Under the pieces are notes generated by a model, which worked only from the letters and a program-made list of their open reading frames with translations, was not told the DNA's origin and made no database searches. Source: Pirellulales bacterium (GTDB lineage Bacteria; Planctomycetota; Planctomycetia; Pirellulales; UBA1268). Taken from it: DNA of 64,000 bases. Positions 28,289 through 36,627 of this stretch are shown here, piece by piece. The position numbers and the translations under genes are program-made. The DNA lies in contig JADHNY010000008.1 in the NCBI GenBank assembly GCA_016779265.1, forward strand, positions 4,231 through 68,230, written 5' to 3'. The number at the start of each line of letters is the position of its first letter. The stretch's first letter is position 1.

Positions 28289-29767
28289 TTATGGCTGCCG
28301 GGTCGACGTTGCTTCAACCCGGCTATGAACGACACCATCGGCGAGGCTTGTGAGGAGCTGTTGTCCAGGCTCCACGGCTGCGGTGGTGGTGATCAGGCGG
28401 CCGTCGTGATCGCGAACAAGAGCATAGCCGCGGCGAAGCACCCGTTCGGGCCGCAGTGCCTCGAGTCGGTCTTCGAGACTCTTCAGCCGGCCTGCAGCAG
28501 CAGCCAGGGTGTGGGTGTATCGAGGCAGCCGCAGCCGCTGCTGCTGGTTTGCGAGTTGGGTGTGTCGCTGTTCGAGGCTGCGGCTGGTGACACGATTGGC
28601 CACCTCGGCGGCATCGTTGATGGTGTCGTGAGCATCTTTCACCCGATGTGTGCTGCCTGACCGCAGTGAGGCGACCGCTTCCGAAAGCCGGCTGTCGCGT
28701 GTGAAGGTCGCCTCGAAGGCAGCTGCACGCAGCCGTGCCAGGTGCGTGGCGAGCTGCGAGTCTGCGAGGGTCAGCAGTTTGCGGGTGCCTTGCGTGAGTC
28801 CAATGCCACTCCGCTCAAGCGTTCGTTCGGCGAGGTCGATCGGCCGCTGGGTCAGCATGTCGAGACGATCGACAGCCGCAAGCAGCCGGTCTTCAAGGCC
28901 TGCCAGCTGATGCACGAGTGCCTCAGCAACAGCAGTAGGCGTCTTAAACGAGGTATGGGCCACATGGTCGGGCACACCCGTATCGATCTCATGCCCGATT
29001 CCAACCCAGACGGGCACAGGCATCGCGGCGATGGCCCGGGCAACTGGTTCATTGTCAAACCAGGCGAGGTCGACCTGGGACCCGCCGCCACGGACGATGG
29101 CGACAAGGTCAATCGGCAGTTCGGCGAGGTGCTTGAGGGCCGCGACCACATCCCCTTCAAGTGCCTCTCCCTGCATCGCGGCTGAGGCCAGGATGACGCG
29201 AAAGGCGTAGCCGCTCTCACTGATCGTTCGGAGGAAATCGTTGGCAGCGGCGGACCCGGCGGCGGTGATCAGTCCGATCACCAATGGAGCGGCCGGGAGC
29301 GGGCGGCTGGCGTTGGCTTCAAGCAGTCCATCAGCGGCAAGCCGTTCGAGAATCAGCCGGCGGTTGCGGTCGATGTGGGCCTCGCCAAAGGTTGGATCCA
29401 CATCATGAATCTGCAGCGAGAGGCCGTGAACTTCGTGGTAGGTAACGGAACAGAGAACGCAGATCTCGCGGTTTCCCTCGAGCAGTTCGCTCGCACCAGC
29501 GGCCTCCAGTTTGCGGCGAATCGCCAGCAGGTTGGACCGCCAGATCACGGCATTCATCTTGGCGACGGCTTGCCCGTCATCTTCCACATCGAGCAGTTCG
29601 CCATAGAAATGGCCAGAGCGTGCTGCCGAGCGAGCGACCAGCTGCGCCTTGAGCCAGAACTGCTTGGTCGAGACCTCCAGCAGAAGATCGCGGATCCGTC
29701 GGGTAACGGCGGCGAGCCGAAAGATTCGCGGCGGCTGATTGGCAGGAAGCTCAGGCACGGCAGGCAC
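28289..29767 (-). CDS. xseA: Exodeoxyribonuclease VII large subunit
   Basis: 492 aa. N-terminal OB-fold region FWLKAQLV...GHFYGELLD, catalytic block IVRGGGSQVDLAWFDNE..ARAI and a long C-terminal coiled region. Confidence 0.88.
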   Translation of the reverse strand: MPAVPELPANQPPRIFRLAAVTRRIRDLLLEVSTKQFWLKAQLVARSAARSGHFYGELLDVEDDGQAVAKMNAVIWRSNLLAIRRKLEAAGASELLEGNREICVLCSVTYHEVHGLSLQIHDVDPTFGEAHIDRNRRLILERLAADGLLEANASRPLPAAPLVIGLITAAGSAAANDFLRTISESGYAFRVILASAAMQGEALEGDVVAALKHLAELPIDLVAIVRGGGSQVDLAWFDNEPVARAIAAMPVPVWVGIGHEIDTGVPDHVAHTSFKTPTAVAEALVHQLAGLEDRLLAAVDRLDMLTQRPIDLAERTLERSGIGLTQGTRKLLTLADSQLATHLARLRAAAFEATFTRDSRLSEAVASLRSGSTHRVKDAHDTINDAAEVANRVTSRSLEQRHTQLANQQQRLRLPRYTHTLAAAAGRLKSLEDRLEALRPERVLRRGYALVRDHDGRLITTTAAVEPGQQLLTSLADGVVHSRVEATSTRQP

Positions 29768-29953
29768 CAGGGGAAAACGACACGATCTTTCTCATCTCCA
29801 GCAGCCTTTCTCATACCCCGCAGCATGTGGATCAGCAGCGAGAGCTGCTCCTGCAGAAGGTCGCGAAACCGCTTCGGGCGAAAAGTGCACAAATGAACAC
29901 TTCGTGAGTTTGGTGGCTTGCCAGAGAAACTGTCAACTCGACAGACCGATCAC

Positions 29954-29982
29954 TTGACCCTGAGTCAACGTACCCCTATCAT
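29954..29982 (+). promoter_or_regulatory. Candidate sigma-70-type promoter (TTGACC-N17-TATCAT) for the His/Asp-rich DUF1559 gene
   Basis: TTGACC at 29954-29959, an exact 17-nt spacer, and TATCAT at 29977-29982, in a locally AT-richer stretch ~67 nt upstream of the ATG at 30049. It is followed by the inverted repeat ATGCAA-N5-TTGCAT (29984-30000). Planctomycete promoter rules are poorly known. Confidence 0.4.
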
Positions 29983-30048
29983 TATGCAAGTTGTTTGCAT
30001 TTAGAGTTTTGGCGGCAACCTCGGGCAGTTTTTAACTGGAGCTCTCTG

Positions 30049-30921
30049 ATGACTTCCATCATGCAGCGTCTGCGGCCACGTCGTTCGGGATTCACGCTGG
30101 TCGAACTGCTGGTGGTGATTGCCATCATCGGCACGCTGATGGGCCTGCTGCTGCCGGCAGTGCAGTCGGCGCGGGCAGCCGCTCGTCGCACGCAGTGCAG
30201 CAACAAGATTCGGCAGGTCACCCTCGGTGTGCTGATGTATGCCGATGCCCATCGGGGGCTGTTCCCCAGCGGCGAGCACCCGGGGCACGAGCATCATGAC
30301 GACGACCACGCTGCCGCCTCGGCCGACGACGACCATGACCACGACGACCATGACCACGACGCCGAGGAGCATCATCTGCACTGGATCGGGGCCATCGGCC
30401 CGTTTGTGGAGCGGGTCGACTCGATCCGTATCTGCCCCGACGATCCGCTTGGCGACCTGCGGATGCAGGGGCTTCCTGGCTCGGGAATCGCCTACGTCGA
30501 TCCTTTCTATCCCGACGAAGATGAGAGGTTCACGCCCCGCACGAGTTACGTCGCGAATGGCTACTTTGCATTCAGCGATGAGCCAGGAAAGACCGGGATT
30601 CGTTCACTGGAGCAGCTGCGAGCCCGCTCGAAGACGATCATGCTCTTTGAGAAGTTTTCTGACCTGCGGGTGCTGACCGATGTGCATCTGCAGGAGGAGG
30701 AACTCCTTGATGAGCATTTTGAACACACCCACTCACCGCACTGGTTTCACGACTATCCAGAGCAGCAGACCGTGCTGGAAGAAATCGCCAGCGACATCCA
30801 GCTCGCTCGGCACGGCACCGGGAGCCATTTCGCCTACGCCGACGGGCACGTCGCGTTGGTGCAGGAAGAGGCCATCGTTGACTGGGTGGCCCGCGGCTTC
30901 GATTTCGCTCAGCCGCAGTAA
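30049..30921 (+). CDS. DUF1559/H-X9-DG prepilin-leader protein with an internal His/Asp-rich tract
   Basis: I prefer the ATG at 30049 ([47 protein letters not shown]). His/Asp tract [37 protein letters not shown] (30271-30381). C-terminal [13 protein letters not shown] is an H-X9-DG motif. Confidence 0.8.
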   Translation: MTSIMQRLRPRRSGFTLVELLVVIAIIGTLMGLLLPAVQSARAAARRTQCSNKIRQVTLGVLMYADAHRGLFPSGEHPGHEHHDDDHAAASADDDHDHDDHDHDAEEHHLHWIGAIGPFVERVDSIRICPDDPLGDLRMQGLPGSGIAYVDPFYPDEDERFTPRTSYVANGYFAFSDEPGKTGIRSLEQLRARSKTIMLFEKFSDLRVLTDVHLQEEELLDEHFEHTHSPHWFHDYPEQQTVLEEIASDIQLARHGTGSHFAYADGHVALVQEEAIVDWVARGFDFAQPQ

Positions 30922-31014
30922 ATCTCGGCCGGCACTGGCCAAAACGAAAATGCCGGTTACGCGGCGGCCGTGACTGCGGTTTTCTTCACAGAGGCGTTTC
31001 ATTGAGCCACATCT

Positions 31015-32085
31015 GTGAGGACTGCCATGATTGCGATTGCCCCCCAAGCGAAGGCCCCCAAGCGATCTCTTTCCCGAGTGAGCCTGCGGACGACGCCTCC
31101 TGCAGCTTCCCGTGGAAAAACGGTCCGCACAGCAAAGTCTTCCAGCAAGGCCGTGGCGGTCGCGGCAAAGCCGCGGGTTCGGAAGACACCGCTGATGGCG
31201 GCTCGCGAGGCGTTCTTTGCCAGGCCAATCGACTTCATCCCCTGTCGAGAGTTCTCGAAGAAAAATGCGGAGAAGCTCGCGAGCACGCCGCCAGCCGATG
31301 CGGAAGTGCCGCTGGAGAAGCTTGGTGACAAGAGCGTCGCGGATGGCCCGATCTCGCCGTACATCGCTCGTCTCTACGACGCCCGGCTGCTGTCGAAAGA
31401 GGAGGAGCAGTTTTATTTCCGCCGGATGAACTGGCTGAAATACCACGCTGCAAAGCTTCGCAAGGCACTCGATGCCCGGCGTGCCACCCGCAAGCAGATG
31501 CAGAAGGTAGAGGCCCTGCTCGATGAGGCCGACACGGTGAAGTCGTTGATCATCACTGCCAACCTCCGCTTGGTGGTCTCGATTGCCAAGAAGTTTGTCT
31601 CGGCAGAGCTGCTGTTTGAAGATCTTGTCAGTGAGGGAAATCTGGCCCTGATGCGGAGCGTGGAGAAGTTCAACTTTGCCCTCGGCAATCGCTTCAGCAC
31701 CTATGCGACCTATGCGATTCAGCGGCATTTCTATCGGCTCTCGCAACGATCGAGAAAGCAGTGGAACCGCTTTGTCTCCGACGACAACGCCTTGCATGCC
31801 CTGTCGGCGAGTGAGCGGGACACCGACCTCTGCACGGCCTCGCAGGTGCAGGCACTGAAGCAGACATTCGGCCGCTTCTTGGAAGAACTCGAGCCCCGCG
31901 AAAAGCAGATTGTTGTGGCCCGCTTCGGCTTCGATGGTGAGGCTCCTCGGACTTTTCGTGAGCTCGGCAGCCAGATGGGTGTCTGCAAGGAACGGATTCG
32001 TCAGATCCAAGGCCGTGCGATGGACAAACTGCGGCTGATGGCTGAAGACGCCCGGCTTGCTCAGACAGTGGGAGACTGGCTGTAG
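31015..32085 (+). CDS. RNA polymerase sigma factor, sigma-70 family (non-ECF) with a basic Lys/Ala/Arg-rich N-terminal extension
   Basis: 356 aa (GTG at 31015, alternative ATG at 31027). Has NLRLVVSIAKKF, DLVSEGNLALMRSVEKFNFALGNRFSTYATYAIQRHF, and region 4 FRELGSQMGVCKERIRQIQGRAMDKLR. Confidence 0.85.
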   Translation: MRTAMIAIAPQAKAPKRSLSRVSLRTTPPAASRGKTVRTAKSSSKAVAVAAKPRVRKTPLMAAREAFFARPIDFIPCREFSKKNAEKLASTPPADAEVPLEKLGDKSVADGPISPYIARLYDARLLSKEEEQFYFRRMNWLKYHAAKLRKALDARRATRKQMQKVEALLDEADTVKSLIITANLRLVVSIAKKFVSAELLFEDLVSEGNLALMRSVEKFNFALGNRFSTYATYAIQRHFYRLSQRSRKQWNRFVSDDNALHALSASERDTDLCTASQVQALKQTFGRFLEELEPREKQIVVARFGFDGEAPRTFRELGSQMGVCKERIRQIQGRAMDKLRLMAEDARLAQTVGDWL

Positions 32086-32825
32086 TGTCATCCCAACGGG
32101 TGCTGGTGATCGGTGGCGGTGGCGGTATCGGTTCTGCTGTTGCCAGGGGTCTCGTTGCCGCGGGGAACCGTGTGTTCCTTGCTGGACGTGATGCTGGCCG
32201 ATTGGCTCAGGTTGCTGAAGAACTCGGGGCCCAGACCGCATCGGTCGATGCCACAGACTTCGCGGCGGTTGACGCCCTCGCAGATCAGGCGTCCGCATCG
32301 CTTGGCGGACTGACGGGAGTTGTCTGCTGTGCTGGGTCATTGCTTCTCAAGCCGGCACACCTGACGTCAGCTGACGAGTGGCAGGCGACGCTTGCTGCCA
32401 ACCTCACCACCGCGTTTGCGACGGTGCGTGTCGCCGGAAGACTGTTGAAACAAGACGGTGGGTCGGTGGTGCTTGTGTCGAGTGCCGCAGCTCGAATCGG
32501 ACTGGCCAATCATGAAGCGATCGCTGCGGCCAAGGCTGGAGTTGCTGGGCTGGTCCTGTCGGCTGCTGCGACGTATGCCCGTGCGAGGATCCGCGTCAAC
32601 GCCGTGGCCCCTGGGCTTGTCGACACGCCACTTGCACGTGGGATCACGAGCAACGATCTTGCGACCAAGGCATCTATCGCCATGCATCCGCTCGGTCGGC
32701 TCGGCAGGCCAGAAGATGTCGCTCGTGGCATTCTGTTCCTTCTGGATCCAGTCAACGATTGGGTGACCGGGCAGATGCTTGGGGTTGATGGTGGCCTCGC
32801 CGACCTTAAGACTCGTAGCGGATGA
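32085..32825 (+). CDS. SDR-family oxidoreductase (short-chain dehydrogenase/reductase)
   Basis: 246 aa (GTG start overlapping the sigma gene stop by 1 nt). Has VLVIGGGGGIGSAV, NLTTAF, the catalytic region SSAAA...AAAKAG, and IRVNAVAPGLVDTP. Confidence 0.85.
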   Translation: MSSQRVLVIGGGGGIGSAVARGLVAAGNRVFLAGRDAGRLAQVAEELGAQTASVDATDFAAVDALADQASASLGGLTGVVCCAGSLLLKPAHLTSADEWQATLAANLTTAFATVRVAGRLLKQDGGSVVLVSSAAARIGLANHEAIAAAKAGVAGLVLSAAATYARARIRVNAVAPGLVDTPLARGITSNDLATKASIAMHPLGRLGRPEDVARGILFLLDPVNDWVTGQMLGVDGGLADLKTRSG

Positions 32826-32837
32826 CTGCAGCTGCAT

Positions 32838-33353
32838 GTGTGCACGACGCAGCAGGAGTTCGCTGTGAAAGCATCAGATCCCCAAGCTCAGCTGCCTGCT
32901 GTGCTGCTCCTTCAGCTGTTCGCTTCGATCTTCATGGTCGGGGTGATTTGGTATGTGCAGCTGGTGCACTACCCGCTGATGGCTGGCTGGCCACATGACG
33001 ACTTCCCACGCTGGGAGGCGGCCCACCGGCAGCAGACAGGCTTCGTGGTGGTGCCGGCGATGCTTGCGGAGGGACTGGCGGTGATGGCCTTGCTCGGAAA
33101 GCGTCCGGCGGGTGTGCCAGTCTGGATGGTCTGGGCCGGTGCCCTTCTGCTGCTGGCGATCTGGGGTAGCACCTTTGGGATTCAGGTGCCACTGCATGAG
33201 AAACTGGCGACCGGCTGGGATACGGTCGCCCATACCTCGCTTGTGCAGAGCAACTGGCTGCGGACAGTGCTCTGGTCGGCCCGCGGCCTGCTGGCGGTCG
33301 CCATGCTCAGGCAGGCTGTGCTGGCCTCTCACCAGCCTTCGCTGTCTGCCTAG
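32838..33353 (+). CDS. Small integral membrane protein (4 TM, possibly DUF1772-like)
   Basis: 171 aa with four hydrophobic segments (e.g. LLLQLFASIFMVGVIWYVQLVHYPL). The family call is tentative. Confidence 0.45.
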   Translation: MCTTQQEFAVKASDPQAQLPAVLLLQLFASIFMVGVIWYVQLVHYPLMAGWPHDDFPRWEAAHRQQTGFVVVPAMLAEGLAVMALLGKRPAGVPVWMVWAGALLLLAIWGSTFGIQVPLHEKLATGWDTVAHTSLVQSNWLRTVLWSARGLLAVAMLRQAVLASHQPSLSA

Positions 33354-33497
33354 TTTGACTTCTGGTGAGCCTTGGGCGGTAGACAACTCATCTTGCTCTG
33401 CGAGACCAGTCTCCCTACCTTCCCGCGACCAACGAAGCAAAAGGCCAGGGCCGCTCCTCGCGGTGTGTCGGTCTGGCAGAAAGGGAGGCTGCTTTCG

Positions 33498-34568
33498 ATG
33501 GACGCACATTCACACCCCACCACCAGTTTGGAAGTTCTGGCAGCGTGTGTTGGTGGGGAGATCCGTGGCAACGCATCACTGCTGTGTGACTCAGCGGCCA
33601 CGCTGGAGACTGCCGGTCCGCAGTCGATCACGCTCGTCGACACGGCCGAGCGAATGCATCTGCTCGCCAAGAGCCGCGCGGCGGCGGCCGTCGTACCGCG
33701 AGGAACGGGTGAACTCGATCGAACGACGATTGAGGTGGACGATGTGCATGCCGCGTTCGCTACGATCGTGCGGCACTTCCGTCCCCAGCGGATGGCTACC
33801 CCAGTTGGCATCAGTCCGCAGGCGGCCGTCGATCCCTCGGCTCAGTTGGGAGCCGGCTGTGAGATTCACCCATTTGCCACGATCGGAGCAGACGTGGTGC
33901 TCGGTGAAAACGTGACGGTCCACTCGGGCTGTCACGTGTCGGCAGGCTGTCGCATCGGTCGTAACACCGTGCTGCATGCCGGTGCTTCGCTCTACGAAGA
34001 CACGATCGTTGGAGAACGGGTGATCGTGCATGCCAATGCGGTGCTCGGTGCCAACGGCTTCGGCTACAAGGTTGTCGATGGCCGCTATGAACTCTCGGCA
34101 CAGCTCGGCTGGGTTGAGCTCGGCGACGATGTTGAGGTGGGGGCTGGAACCACCATTGATCGTGGCACCTACGGACCGACAACCATCGGCGAGGGCACCA
34201 AGATCGACAACATGGTGATGATTGCCCACAACTGCCGGATCGGCCGACACAACATGATCTGTTCACAGGTCGGCGTGGCCGGCAGTACCTCGACGGGTGA
34301 CTGGGTCGTGATGGCAGGCCAGGTGGGTGTGCGTGACCATGTGCACATCGGTGACGGGGCGATCCTGGGGGCTCGTTCAGGGGTCTCGAATGACATCCCG
34401 GCGAAGACGACCGTGCTTGGTGAGCCTGCGATCGAGCTGCGGGAGCGGAAACTGCAGCTGGCCACGATGACGAAGCTGCCTCAGATGCGAAAGCAGCTGA
34501 AGGGTCTTCTCGAGCGGATTGCTGCCCTGGAAGCAGGCGAGCCGTGTGATCGACAGGAGGCCGCGTAG
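33498..34568 (+). CDS. lpxD: UDP-3-O-(3-hydroxyacyl)glucosamine N-acyltransferase
   Basis: Left-handed beta-helix hexapeptide repeats (IHPFATIGADVVLGENVTVHSGCHVSAGCRIGRNTVLHAGASL...) and IAHNCRIGRHNMI. I prefer the ATG at 33498, preceded by AAGGGAGG at 33481-33488. The track ORF starts at 33372. Confidence 0.88.
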   Translation: MDAHSHPTTSLEVLAACVGGEIRGNASLLCDSAATLETAGPQSITLVDTAERMHLLAKSRAAAAVVPRGTGELDRTTIEVDDVHAAFATIVRHFRPQRMATPVGISPQAAVDPSAQLGAGCEIHPFATIGADVVLGENVTVHSGCHVSAGCRIGRNTVLHAGASLYEDTIVGERVIVHANAVLGANGFGYKVVDGRYELSAQLGWVELGDDVEVGAGTTIDRGTYGPTTIGEGTKIDNMVMIAHNCRIGRHNMICSQVGVAGSTSTGDWVVMAGQVGVRDHVHIGDGAILGARSGVSNDIPAKTTVLGEPAIELRERKLQLATMTKLPQMRKQLKGLLERIAALEAGEPCDRQEAA

Positions 34569-34576
34569 GCGTTGTC

Positions 34577-35551
34577 GTGATGTCGACTGCCACGATTGCT
34601 GCTGAGTTGCTCGCGAGCCCATCGCCACGGACGTGTGGGTCTGGAGACGCAGGAACATCTCTAGTCGGTGAGACGATCGGAATTCTTGCTGGCTGGGGAC
34701 GCTATCCCGTGGCGGTGGCCGAGGCGATTCGACGCAACGGTGGCCGTACGGCCGTGCTCGCGGTTCGTGATCATGCCAGCGAGCAGCTGCACGATCTGGC
34801 GGATGAGTATGACGAGGTGGGCGTAGCTGAGTTGGGTGGAGCGATTGCCGCGTTTCGCCGCTTCGGCTGCTCACGTGCCACGATGGCCGGCAAGGTCCAT
34901 AAGACCAAGCTCTTCGCCGACGGTGCCTGGCTTCATCACATTCCAGACTGGACCGGCCTGAAGACCTTCTGGCCGCACTTCATCAGTCGTCGTCGCGATA
35001 ACCGTGACGACTCGCTGCTCGCGGCGATTGCCTCCGCCTTCGACGATGCGGGTGTGCAGATTTGTCCGGCAACAGACTTCGCTCCTGAACTCCTCGCCAC
35101 CGGTGGGGTGCTCGCCGGACGGCCGCTCTCAGCATCGGAGAGAGCCGATGTCGCCTTTGGCTGGCAGCTTGCCAAAGCACTTGGACGACACGACATCGGA
35201 CAGACCGTGGTGGTGAAGAACCGGGCACCGATCGCGCTGGAAGCAATCGAGGGCACCGACGAGTGCATCCGTCGGGCGGGCCGGCTCTGCGGCTCAGGCG
35301 GCCTCATCGTCGTCAAAGTTGCGAAGCCGCAACAGGACCTGCGGTTTGACATGCCCACAGTCGGTGTCGGAACCCTGCAGTCCCTGCGAGCGGCGGGGGC
35401 TTCCGTGCTCGCCATAGAGGCAGGACGCACGATTCTCGTCGACCGTTCGGAGCTGATGGCGTTTGCGGGCCGCAGCGGGATCACGATCGTGAGCTGCTAC
35501 GACGAGGCGGGGGCGGTCGTGCTCTCTGCCGATCAGTCGTGGGCCGCCTGA
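34577..35551 (+). CDS. lpxI: UDP-2,3-diacylglucosamine diphosphatase LpxI (DUF1009 family)
   Basis: 324 aa. Has GILAGWGRYP, MAGKVHKTKLF and DIGQTVVVKNRAPIALEAIEGTDECIRRAG, directly downstream of lpxD. Confidence 0.8.
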   Translation: MMSTATIAAELLASPSPRTCGSGDAGTSLVGETIGILAGWGRYPVAVAEAIRRNGGRTAVLAVRDHASEQLHDLADEYDEVGVAELGGAIAAFRRFGCSRATMAGKVHKTKLFADGAWLHHIPDWTGLKTFWPHFISRRRDNRDDSLLAAIASAFDDAGVQICPATDFAPELLATGGVLAGRPLSASERADVAFGWQLAKALGRHDIGQTVVVKNRAPIALEAIEGTDECIRRAGRLCGSGGLIVVKVAKPQQDLRFDMPTVGVGTLQSLRAAGASVLAIEAGRTILVDRSELMAFAGRSGITIVSCYDEAGAVVLSADQSWAA

Positions 35552-35572
35552 GCAGCCTGCTGTGGGCTGCTC
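35550..35572 (+). terminator. Hairpin immediately after the lpxI stop codon
   Basis: GAGCAGCC (35550-35557), a 7-nt loop, then GGCTGCTC (35565-35572): a perfect 8-bp stem followed by TATACT. The weak U-tract keeps confidence low. Confidence 0.35.
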
Positions 35573-35585
35573 TATACTGGCGGCC

Positions 35586-36368
35586 ATGAGACACATCTTC
35601 ATCCGCCCTGCGTCGCTGTCTTCGCACAGCATGAGTCCTGCAGCGATTGTCCGCCGCGGCATCCTGCTCACCCTTGCAGGTCTCGCCATTGGCAGTTCGC
35701 TGCTTCCGCTATCGCCGTCGCTCGCTCAAGAAGGTCTGCCCCCAAACACGCCTCCGCCCACTCACTTCATGGGCCGCGAGATCGCGCAGACGATGCACTT
35801 CACGGGTGCTCCATGGCTGGTGCGTGAAAGCCGGCAGCGTGAAGAAGACTGCCGCCTGCTCCTCGAAGCCCTCCAGATCCAACAAGGCGAAACCGTCTGT
35901 GACCTCGGCTGTGGGAATGGCTTCTACACGCTCGAACTTGCCAAACTCGTGGGCCCCAAGGGCAAGGTCTATGCAGTCGACATCCAACGAGAGATGCTGC
36001 AGATGCTGATGCAACGCAGCAACCAGATCGGTTTTCGCAACATTGAGCCTGTGCTCGGAGGGGCGACCAACCCGAATCTCCCCGACGGGGCTATCGACCT
36101 CATGCTCTGTGTCGATGTCTATCATGAGTTTTCCTATCCGGCGGAGATGCTCGCCGCGATCCGCAAGAGCCTCGCTGACGATGGGCTGCTGGTGCTGGCG
36201 GAGTTTCGGGCCGAAGACCCAGCCGTGCCGATCAAGCCGCTGCACAAGATGACGAAGGATCAGGCGAAGAAAGAACTCGACGCCTGCGGCTTCGAAGTCG
36301 CACGTGAGTTCGACCGCTTGCCTTGGCAGCACCTGCTCTTCTTCAAGAAAAAGGATGGGGCTCAGTAG
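35586..36368 (+). CDS. Class I SAM-dependent methyltransferase with an N-terminal signal/anchor
   Basis: SAM motif I VCDLGCGNGFYTLELA, then VYAVDIQ and LCVDVYHEF. The N-terminus has MSPAAIVRRGILLTLAGLAIGSSLLPLSPSLAQE (Tat/Sec-like). The track start (GTG 35562) lies inside the lpxI hairpin, so I use the ATG at 35586. The Met at 35631 is also possible. Confidence 0.75.
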   Translation: MRHIFIRPASLSSHSMSPAAIVRRGILLTLAGLAIGSSLLPLSPSLAQEGLPPNTPPPTHFMGREIAQTMHFTGAPWLVRESRQREEDCRLLLEALQIQQGETVCDLGCGNGFYTLELAKLVGPKGKVYAVDIQREMLQMLMQRSNQIGFRNIEPVLGGATNPNLPDGAIDLMLCVDVYHEFSYPAEMLAAIRKSLADDGLLVLAEFRAEDPAVPIKPLHKMTKDQAKKELDACGFEVAREFDRLPWQHLLFFKKKDGAQ

Positions 36369-36627
36369 TGGACCAACGGGTCTCCCGGCAGCTGTGCTCC
36401 TGGCAACGGGGCAGCGAGGGGCCTGTTGAGTGGTTGAGTTGGCGTGTTCCGGCTCCAGACCGCCTCACGCAGGCTTGGTTGTGTCGGGGCGAATGTGCCG
36501 AATAGGCGGTCTCGGAGGCGTTTGGGGCCGTTTGGAAGGGCGTTCCACGGTCTGTTTTGCCCGTTTCCCCGGTCAAAACTGTTGCGTGTCCCCACAGCCG
36601 GCAACATACTTTCAGGTAGATCTATAG

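Noticed and set aside
30733-32340. 535-aa ORF on the minus strand
   Set aside because: It is antisense to the DUF1559 gene 3' end and the whole sigma-factor gene. Its composition is Arg/Pro/Gly/His-rich and no motifs are visible. The plus-strand products have clear family signatures. This is a typical high-GC shadow ORF.
33591-34593. 219-aa and 260-aa ORFs antisense to lpxD
   Set aside because: The lpxD frame shows unmistakable hexapeptide-repeat periodicity. The antisense frames are Arg/Pro/Ser-rich with no motifs.
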